Shown here: positions 54,794 to 64,000 of the stretch, one piece after another
How the letters are laid out: the number at the start of each line of letters is the position of its first letter
How positions within the stretch are numbered: position 1 is the first letter of the stretch
Origin: Mizuhopecten yessoensis
Lineage: Eukaryota
Direction: 5' to 3'
Length of the DNA: 64,000 nucleotides
Assembly (NCBI RefSeq): GCF_002113885.1
Contig: NW_018408136.1
Location: 638,447 to 702,446, forward strand
Made by a program: the position numbers and the translations under genes
The notes under the pieces: generated by a model
What the model was told of the DNA's origin: nothing
Seen by the model: only the letters and a program-made list of their open reading frames with translations
The model's database searches: none

Positions 54794-55785
54794 AGTTATG
54801 TTACCGGTAACTATAGTCGTTAAAGTCTTTTTCGAGACTCAATGCGACAGGTACAGTTGTATGTGACCGTGGTAATTGATTTTTCAATATCTCCGTTAAG
54901 GATCTCTCCCGGGACGTCTGTTGTATTTTTCTGACGCCGATTGAGTTGAAAGAAATTCCCCGAGCAAAAAATAATCAGTTGGAAGAAGTTTGTATTTTAC
55001 CAGAGTGACAGGGATCACATATACATTTCTGGATTTAATTTACAATTCACAAACTTCTTAGGACACGATATTTCCATATTACGAAAGAAATGTTTAACGC
55101 TTACACAGTGTCGTTAAGCTAAAGGTACTTGTTTAACACATTTTCGTCTCTTCGTTCCTTTGCATTTTTGTATAGAGGTGGTTGGACAAAAGGACGTTTA
55201 TAAGCATCCCTTCGTGGCAAAGTAACGTGTATGAATGTTCCTTCGCAACAGTAATATGATGGCGACGAAGCGACCTTTATTAATCTGTCATCTGTTTAAA
55301 CACTAGATAAGCTACACTATTAGCCATAAAAGGGGTGGTTTTCTGTATTGACATATGTTCTTCTTTATTCTCCTGAAAACACCCAGAAGAAAGGTAGAAA
55401 TCTATTCAGTTTTCTGCTATTTTAGAGTAAGTTTTAAATTGACAGCTTTCATTGAATATTTAAATATGGGGGGTGGGGTTGGAGGGGGGAGGGGGGCAAA
55501 GACTGTTAGAAGACTGTTCTAGGGATCATTACAGGGGAGTGCATTTTCGGATTTCTATACTACTGCGATCAACTCTAGCATGAACCGATGCTTTGTTTTC
55601 AGTATAAACAACTAACCCAATTAGGCATCGTTTTTTTTTGTTCCACTACTGGATCTAACTGAAATTCTTGAGAGAGTGAGAGGTCTGAAGCTCACGCTCG
55701 TTTGTACACAGTAATGACTGTGCGCGTTAGCGATCACGTCTATCGAGGCACCCTAAATAAACTTAAAAACTTTCGTATATTGTAG

Positions 55786-55845
55786 ATGGCTTTGGAAATG
55801 AAACAATGGGAACATGGGACTGATTCCGATGATGACCAAGACGAG
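55786..55845 (+). CDS. Probable first coding exon of a fourth PHYHIP-like paralog (MALEMKQWEHGTDSDDDQDE); the rest would lie beyond the window
   Basis: It has an AG|ATG start and a phase-0 GACGAG|GTAAGT donor. The peptide resembles paralog 3 exon 1 (MVQNNKHWQHDGNYEDDE, also ending GACGAG|GTAAG). Confidence 0.6.
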
Positions 55846-56110
55846 GTAAGTCAGATAAAGTATCGCACAAATCGCCGTGGAAAGTTATGTCCTTTTACCT
55901 TCTGAAACTAAAGCAGTGTGCTTATATATCACTTTAACTGATATCGCGTTTGTTAAATTAGAAAATAATCAAGATTCTATATTAAAATCTTATTTAAGGA
56001 CTAAATTTGGTAAAAATGTGTCCCCCAACCTCCTTTGTAATCGAGAGTAGTGTCTTCAATATTCCCCTGTGTGAGTGACATTAAAGAAACCAAGAGTACA
56101 CCTGCTGTGT

Positions 56111-56266
56111 CCCCCTGAAAGTGTATCGTAAAGGGCGACTAATGTAGCCCCCTGAAAGTGTATCGTAAAGGGCGACTAATGTAGCCCCCTGAAAGTGTAT
56201 CGTAAAGGGCGACTAATGTAGCCCCCTGAATGTGTATCGTAAAGGGCGACTAATGTATCCCCCTGC
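56111..56266. repeat. 37-bp tandem repeat (4 copies)
   Basis: CCCCCTGAAAGTGTATCGTAAAGGGCGACTAATGTAG occurs four times. Confidence 0.9.
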
Positions 56267-56919
56267 ATAACGGGGGATTTTGTCTGTGTCTTCTACGAAG
56301 ACAACATGGAAGAGATCACAAGTGATCATGTGTCTCTTTTGTTTCTTATCTTTCCTGTAATATTTAAAACTATCTACTTTTTTTGTCCACTTGTTTTTAT
56401 ATCACCCTGACGTGCCTTCATGTGTGATGTTTGCATGCATGTGTATGTGTGCCAGATTATTCCGCCTTTACACAGACAACAGATGAACTAGATGTCATAG
56501 TCATCCGTGCTGAAAGTTAAGGGGAACAGTCTGTCAGAACTCATGCGACCGCAGGTTAATGGCTAGTGGGTTCCCATTGTCCATTCTCAGGTAGAAATCA
56601 TATCGAATAGAAAAATATATCGGTCAACTGTTGGTAACGTTGCCCCAGTAACCATCCTGAAATCTGTAAAGTTGTACCTGTCCGATTTAAATTACAGGTT
56701 CCTGTGAAACTTTATTTATTTAGTTGATTATTTATAAGTAAATCGATCAACCTATTTCATGTATGTTCATGTACACTTACTTGTATATAACTTACCGGTG
56801 CATGTACACAACCATGAAGTGTCATAATTTAACAAAGGGCAGTTATCATTGTTACCCCCTGGCCAGCGACATAGTTGCTATTTGTAACTGGACCATTTGT
56901 AGCTGTTGGTTTGCAAATT

Positions 56920-57042
56920 TGGTGTGGTTTTATATTGTTTAACGTCCTACAAACAGCCAAAGGTCATTTAAGGACTCGCCTTCATGCTGGAGACAGGGTA
57001 AGTTAGTTTAATTGCCTCCTTGTGATACCGCGAACCTGATTG
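56920..57042 (-). mobile_element. SINE 3' part, interrupted by the LINE at 57043
   Basis: It is collinear with the SINE at 39359 (TTTAACGTCCTA...GGAGACAGGGTA...TTGTGATA.CGCG) up to the LINE tail. Confidence 0.75.
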
Positions 57043-59043
57043 TTTCATTTCAACAAATTTTATTGACAGATGTAATAGTCAAATGGATTGAATAACAGGC
57101 AGGCCTATACAAATTCTGTCCATGAGTGGCTCAAAATTTGATCGAATATATATACAATGTAGTTACAACACTAATGATTAGTTAACTTAAGGATACTTTG
57201 TAAAGAAAAGGTATATATATATATATGTATAAAGAGTAATACTAATTAAAGAATCAGGGAGATAACTCCGACATGATAAACACAAGGGGGATGAACTCAT
57301 AGGACATCACAATAACAATACACAAACAACTCACAATCATACACCCAACACACATGATAAACACAAGGGGAATGAACTCATAGGACATCACAATAACAAT
57401 ACACAAACAACTCACAATCATACATCCAACACCCATACAATTATTTTCTTACTAAATAAAGCATAGTCACAGTCAGTATATGTACAGTAAGAGTAGACTT
57501 TGACCAAAAGTCCATGTGCATGTATGTGCACAGGTCATTGCTACTAATACTGTTTATGAGTAAATAGGTACAAATTTAAATAATGTGACAGAAAGGCAAT
57601 ATATTATTATGTTTATTATATTGAACAGAAAATGAACAAAATATAACAAACCTACTCAACTGTAATCTCATTAATTAACTTTGTACTTTGTTATTAGATT
57701 AACAATTCAGATTAAAATAAGACAGATATATATATTTGATTTACTATATTTCAATATAATGCATCATGGTTCTCTACGTAATATAAAAATTAAAACGCCT
57801 AGTTTTTCCAATAAATATCTGAATGTGACTTAGCATATGTCTGTTTATATTCAGATCACATGTAGGACAACTTTGAAAAAATATATTTAAATTCATATGG
57901 TTATGAATACTAGTATTATTCAAAGAAGTAAACAAAACAAAGTATTTCGTTGGACAGTTATACAGTGGACAATTGAAGAAATAATGAGAGACTGTTTCGT
58001 TTTATAGTATTATTGAATATTCGTATTCAAAAGAACAAGCACAAGTTGGACTATTTATTAAATGGCCATGATATAAATCAGAATTTAAATTACTTCAGGA
58101 ATTTCTTAATTGGCAAAGAATAATATTTACCCTTCTTTCACCATCGTTTTTAAAAATTGTAGTTACTTCTTTGTCATTAACTTTATCTTTATTTTGTATT
58201 TTTTTAAACAGAGCAAGAGATATCAGTTTCCATAGTGTTTACATTGCGGCACATAAAGGGGGAAAAACTGTCAAAATAGTTATTAGTTCTACACATAGGT
58301 GGGTTAAAAAGTCTGGTTTGTCTGAGAGAGAAGGGATTGTTATTATGATTGTTAACGAAAGGATTTGTGACATCTTGTAAGTATTGAGGTGAGAGTCCAT
58401 GCATTATTTTATACATCATTATTTGTTTATGTTTATACCTTCTTGCAGACAGTGTTTTCCAACCAAGTTCATTATAGAGTTTATTGTGTGATGTCCCTGA
58501 ACGAAGACCAGTTATAATCCTAGCTGCTTCTAGTTGTACAGATCAATAATGTGCAGTTATCCCATACAATGTCTGCATACTCCAAAATTGGTCTAATAAC
58601 TGCAATATATATTTTAATTAATGATTTACGACCTACCTTAGATTTGATATAACGAAGAATATTTAATCTGTTGTATGTTTTTTCATATATAATCTGTATG
58701 TGCTGTTTCCATGATGCGTCGTCTGTAAAAGTTAGTCCTAAATGTTTATGTGTTTTTGAATCAGTGATTTGATTGTTTTGGAAGGATATTGGGGGCTGTA
58801 TGTGGTTATGTTTTCAAGAAAATACAACTGACTTAGTTTTATTTGGGTTACAATTTATATCCCATATATGTGCCCACTCACTAATGTTTACAAGGTCATT
58901 CGAAATATCCGGGGCAGCCTGAACTGGATTTTTGTCTACGATTACATACAGAGAAGTGTCATCTGCAAAAAGTTTAATATTAGTAGAAACATTGTCAGTA
59001 ATATCATTAATATAAAGAAGAAACAGGAGTGGTCCCATAATAG

Positions 59044-59148
59044 TTTGTTTTGGTTTTGGTTTGGTTTTATTTTGTTTAACGTCCTATAAACAGCTAAAGT
59101 CATTTAAGGACGGCCTCCCCTGTGTGCAAGATTCATGCTTGTAGTGTA
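59044..59148 (-). mobile_element. 5'-truncated SINE tail inserted in the LINE RT
   Basis: It is absent from the paralogous LINE copy (between GTACCTCA and CTATT) and has the same Nimb-like tail. Confidence 0.8.
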
Positions 59149-59250
59149 TGAGGTACACCTGTATTGATAGTCCTAAACTGAGAGTGATATCCTTCAGTGC
59201 TAACTCTTTGCATTCTGTCTGTTAAATAATTTCCAAACCAGAGAAGCAAA

Positions 59251-61898
59251 GGGCCTGTTGCCAGTAATGTTAATTCTCCATAGGAGCCTGCCCCCGTATA
59301 ATTTCTTATCTAGCTCAACTACTGTTTTTTTCTTTTCCGAAGAATAATTTTACACATTTCCGACACCCAGATTTCATAATTTTAGTGAAAATGTATTTTT
59401 ATAAAGTTGTCAATTTCAGCATCAAAGACATAAGTTCGTAAATAAAAGAAGGTTATCTCGAAATTGTAATTCGCAACATAGTATAAATTTCTTTTGATAA
59501 ATATTTCCAAAACATCGTGTTTATTCATAAAATATAAAAAAAAATTCTCGGATGAAAATGCACTTGCAGAGACACAATTATGAAGAAAAATGCCATAAAA
59601 TTGCAATTTTCTCCCGTTATATAGTTTTGGATGCAAATTTCCATCAGAAAAATCGANTCCTCGAAATCCACTCGCACTGTTCCCCATATCTTTCATCTGG
59701 TATATATACCAAGACTACACACGATGCTCTATTACTGTTCTGGGTAAAACTGAAAACCGACATTTCCTGGAGTCAGTGTTCTTCTCTTTTTGGAATTTCC
59801 AAGTCAAGTGTGTCCAAAACTTTCCACTCCATAGTACAGGCATTAGACACATCGATAGTCCCACAATTTCTAGGTCCGGATCACTTGACAAGAGAACAGT
59901 TGCTCGGGCACAATACTGTCTTTTCAGAAGCATTTTTTGGAGATAAAGCCACTGCCATATTAGATGGCACCTATATTTATATCCAGAAAAGCTCCGACCA
60001 CAAGCTCCAGAGAATGTCCTACTGTGGCCAGAAGAAGAGAAACTATCTCAAATTCATGAGCATCGCCTTACCAGATGGCTACATTCTGGACACAGTAGGA
60101 CCATTCACTGGCAGCGAAAATGATGCTACAATTACAAAAAAAGTCATGGACAAGCTAGTTACTTGGCTACAACCAGACGACAACGTTGTCGTTGACCGAG
60201 GTTTTAGAGATGTCCTACCAGTTCTCGAAGCCTCTGGCCTCAATGCTAGCATGCCGTCATACCTGAAACCCGGTCAAAGTCAACATTCTGACGTCCAAGC
60301 AAATCTTGACAGAACTATCACCAAATCGAGGTGGATTGTGGAATCCTATCATGGTCGTCTGAAACACTGGACGTTCTTCCGAACGCAATTGGTGTCTAAC
60401 AGCTTTATCAATGTCATCGAGGCTTTGCTTCGAACCGTCACAGCCTGTCTGAATGGTATTAGAGGACCGATCTACCAGAGATCTCCAGAGAGAGATGCCA
60501 AAGATAGGCTAATGGCTGAACGTATGAAGGACCGTTTGACAACACCGAATGGTTTAGCTCAGAGAGTCAAGACAGATCCGGATCTATCTAGACGGGCAAG
60601 GTCCGAGTTTGTCAAGATGGATGCATCTTCCGTACTGTTTCCCCGTCTCGATCTTGATTACTTGAGAACCATTACGTGTGGAACGTATCAGATATCTCTG
60701 GCTCCTGGTTACATCGCCGAACATTTAAGTGATGACGGAGACTATGAGGTGTGGCTTTACCAGCACTCCCCAGACCTTCTCCGATGTCAAATACATTCTC
60801 GACACAAAAGCCAAACGAAATATAACGTTTGGATACGGTTCACCGTTTCACCCGATGTTGAGGCCCCAATAAAGGACTACTACTGCCAGTGCCCAGTTGG
60901 AGAGAGAACGATGGGAATGTGTGCGCACATCTCCAGTATCTTGTACTACCTTGGGTATTACAGGACGCTGGAAAACCCTCGACCATTACAACCACAGGTA
61001 AAGAAATTCCGACAAAACTTGAAATAGTTTTCCATGCGGCAACGGAGTGCATATGTCGAAAGTATGTTTGGGGCTCGATATGAAAGATCCCCGTTACCAT
61101 GTGACTAACCAAACTTATAAATATAGGTATTATACAATCGCCCGTAGCTATGAACACTCCCGTAAATGCGAAAACCAACCAAAATCATAAGGAACACGTT
61201 TTGTTTGTTGTTCTGTCTATTTGTCAGCCAATGTCTTCAACCACGGGGACTTGTGAAGTAGCCATCTTGGATTTTTTTTATGAAAAAGTGTTTCTCTCAC
61301 TTTTTTTCATATCTGTGTACATATTCTCAACATACCGAGCAAATACTCTCGTTTTTTTGTTAATTATCTAAAGAAAGTCGAAAATCGGCAATTCAACCAT
61401 AGGCTAATTCAACCCAACATTTGAAAATGTTCCACCACTTACATTTTGATGATTTTTCCTCTCATCAATAGCATATTACGTACTGTTTAATAGGATAAAA
61501 ATTGGTTTGCATCCAACGCCCATAAAAGGGTGTATTCTCTAAAAAACACAGTTTTTGTGTCTAAAATGTTATCATCGAAAATGGCATTTTTGAGATTGTT
61601 TCTTCCATAAAACAGCCAAATGGCGCGATGGAAACATGATTTTTTGTCACAATCATGCCATGAATGTATTCTTTACGGTGACCATCATTTGATTAGATTT
61701 TCATTAATATTTTACATAACATGCACATTTTATCAACACTTAGACAGCTTCTGAAAGGTACAACTTTGAGGAGCCATAAAAAACAAACCAAGTGACCTAA
61801 ATCTTTATACTGTATAGATTTGTGACCACAACGGCATGGGCAATGCACCACCAACAGGAAATTTGAATCAGAGAAGGGGCCGTTTTCGAAACCGGCCC
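59251..61898 (+). mobile_element. Spy-like DNA transposon (PIF/Harbinger-ISL2EU-Spy group)
   Basis: Imperfect TIRs GGGCCTGTTGC and GAAACCGGCCC are flanked by AAA and TTT. The empty site AAATTT is visible at 20906-20911 in the sister LINE, so there is no TSD. Confidence 0.8.
59658..61027 (+). CDS. DDE transposase (HTH + DDE_Tnp_4-like) with C-terminal SWIM-type zinc finger; true N-terminus uncertain
   Basis: It has the HTH LFGISKSSVSK, the catalytic motifs ILDGT / VVDRGF / RWIVESYHGRLK, and CQC-x9-CAH. The frame is open downstream of an assembly N at 59657. Confidence 0.88.
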
Positions 61899-63249
61899 TT
61901 TACACCAATACCATATGTCCTAAGTTTATGAATTAGACCTTTATGCCAAACCCTTTCAAATGCTTTGCTAATATCACAGAACATAAATCTAAGTTCCTTT
62001 CCCTGGTCAATATTACTAACAATGTCATTATATATAAACAAGAGTTGGTTAACTGTTGAATCGACAGGTGTAAATCCAGATTGGTGCTTAGTGATTATAG
62101 AGTTCTCCGATAGGTAGTTATAAAGATATTTAAACACAATTCTTTCCATTATTTTACTAAGGCATGAAGTTACTGAAATAGGTCTGTAGTTTGAAACATC
62201 ATTAGATGATCCATTCCCCTTATAAACTGCATTTATATTTGCTTGTTTCCAGCTATTGGGAACCACTCCTGTTTTTAGTGTTTTATTAAATTAGATCATG
62301 AGGGGTAATTTAAGAGAGGAATTCAATCTTTAAATAATTTTGGGAACAATTTCATCAGGTCCAGGGGGTTCATTCATATTAAGAATATTCATTTGGTAAG
62401 CAACATCTTATTCAGTAATATAAATATTAGATAGTGAATAAGGAATTGCTGGTTGTGCTGTCTGAGGTAGTTATAGGTCAGGTGAGGATGTGGAGATATT
62501 AATGAAGTGATTATTGAGGACCTCAGCTTTATCAATAGGATGGTGAACAGCGTGTTTATTAATTACTAGAGGAGGAATTGGAGAAGATTTATTGGTGAAG
62601 TTAGAGATAGATTTAGCAATTTTCCACCATTTATCTGGGGGAATCTTATTGTCATTTAAAGAGTTTTCTAGGGTTTTGATATATGTTTACTTAGCTTCAT
62701 GGATGAGGTCAATGGCTTCATTCCTGTGAATCCGAAATATGTTCCAAAAGTGAGGACTATTTGTTAATTTGGCTTTTCTGTGAATTCTATTGCGTTTTCT
62801 CATCTTTAATCTTATGTTGTTGTTCATCCATGGTTTATCATTAGGACGAACTGTTATTACTTTGACAGGAATTAGGTCATTTACCTGATCCATGATTAAA
62901 TCAGTTATGGTACTGTTAAATGCATTAGAGTCCTGGTTTGAAGATAGATTCACCCAGTCAACATCAAAAAGAGTGTTGTTCATACTTTCAAAATCACCTT
63001 CTTCATTTTTCAAAATACTTTTCTTATAACTTGTTTGTTTGAATACACTAAATAAAATTGATGCATGCACAGATCACTGCAGAAGGGTCGAGATGTATAA
63101 GTATTTCTAATTAATTTTCGATTGTTTGTAAAGATAACATCTAAGGAAGTGGCACTCTCCTGAGTTATACGTGTAGGTTCATTAATACGGCTAGATAAAG
63201 TACGCTTAGTAAGGAGTCTTGAAAGGGGATGATTAGGTAGAAGGGTTAA

Positions 63250-63398
63250 TGTTGTAATTATGTGATTCATGACTTCCGGTCCGCATTCCGGATCCATTGT
63301 CTGTATTAGTTAATGCCTTGCAATGCATTATGTGTTATTCAATAAATACTGTTTTGACCTGAATCGTGTCTCCCTGACAAATGTTGTAGAACACAACA
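63250..63398 (+). mobile_element. 149-bp solo LTR with 5-bp TSD
   Basis: It has TGTTGT...ACAACA termini, an internal AATAAA, and GTTAA duplicated at 63245-63249 and 63399-63403. Removing it restores the LINE frame GDITIDMLTLLPNHPLSR. Confidence 0.88.
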
Positions 63399-64000
63399 GT
63401 TAACATATCAATAGTAATGTCACCAATGAGTACCACATCCATTGAAGTATCAGTAGCTCTGGTCAAAGTATCATCCAGTTTGTTCCAGTAATCAACATTA
63501 CTATCAGGTCTGTATATGCATCCTAGTAAAAGTTTGTGATTATCAGTTATTACTTTAACCAGATCAATTCAATATAACCCTTTCCTATTCAATTCGACTA
63601 TTAATCCTGATAGTGTTTTTATAATAAACAATAATCCCACCGCCTGGACCTGTAGTTATATCTTTTCGGTGAGGAGAGGAAGTAAAAGAGTGCATGTTAA
63701 TGTCAGTGTTAGATATTAAAGGATTTAGATGGGATTCTGTTAAACAAACAATATCAGAATTTTCTAGCTCTCTTCAATAAGGGGTATTTTGTTTCTAAGA
63801 GACCTCATTTTAAATGAACTAGATTTATGTTTTGTAGTGGACCAGAATTTATTTCTATGTCACAACACCGTATCATAATTATAAGATGCGATATAAGAAT
63901 AAAAGATAAGTTATCGAATCTAGAAAACGAAATATAGCCGGAGAGCAACCTCGCGAATCAGATCCCGACTTAATAGTGATATCTCACTGACAAATCATGC

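Larger units (their letters stand above)
57043..64000 (-). mobile_element. CR1-group LINE of the same family as 19589-22857, a longer copy carrying three nested insertions
   Basis: It is closely similar to the reverse complement of 19589-22857, including the 3'UTR and (GAAAT) tail. It extends 5' through the APE domain to a degenerate 2A-like motif at 63838-63870. Confidence 0.92.

Noticed and set aside
59552-59657. N-terminus of the 491-aa transposase ORF
   Set aside because: It lies upstream of an assembly N, is AT-rich and is unlike the coding part, so it is probably a chance in-frame join.
60840-61265. Second, antisense ORF of the transposon
   Set aside because: There is no recognisable Myb or YqaJ motif, and the frame from the ATG near 61265 stops early.

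Overview
This is AT-rich metazoan genomic DNA. The SINE, Helentron-like and LINE repeat types suggest a mollusc, probably a bivalve (inference). The host content is a head-to-tail tandem cluster of intron-containing PHYHIP/PHYHIPL-like genes on the + strand. Three copies can be assembled in frame through GT-AG introns: gene 1 (3983-12335), gene 2 (31214-34373) and gene 3 (43109-46044). The probable first coding exon of a fourth copy lies at 55786-55845. Each protein has a variable low-complexity N-terminus, an extra beta-rich domain, an FN3-like domain and a conserved PHYHIP C-terminal domain. In all three copies that C-terminal domain keeps an R...S...E pattern spaced like an ADP-ribosyltransferase fold. 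Candidate promoters carry ISRE/IRF-, ETS-, CRE- and kB-like motifs. Together this suggests a diversifying, possibly immune-inducible sensor-effector family, which is a hypothesis only. The rest of the window is satellites (21, 26, 35, 38 and 48 bp units, one with a 246-bp higher-order repeat) and decayed, nested transposons. These include an I/Nimb LINE split by a CR1-like LINE, further CR1-like LINEs with 2A-like motifs, and SINEs sharing the Nimb 3' tail. There is also a Spy-like DDE transposon inserted at AAA|TTT without a TSD, a 149-bp solo LTR, Crypton-like hairpin elements, Helentron-like elements and a Penelope-like fragment.
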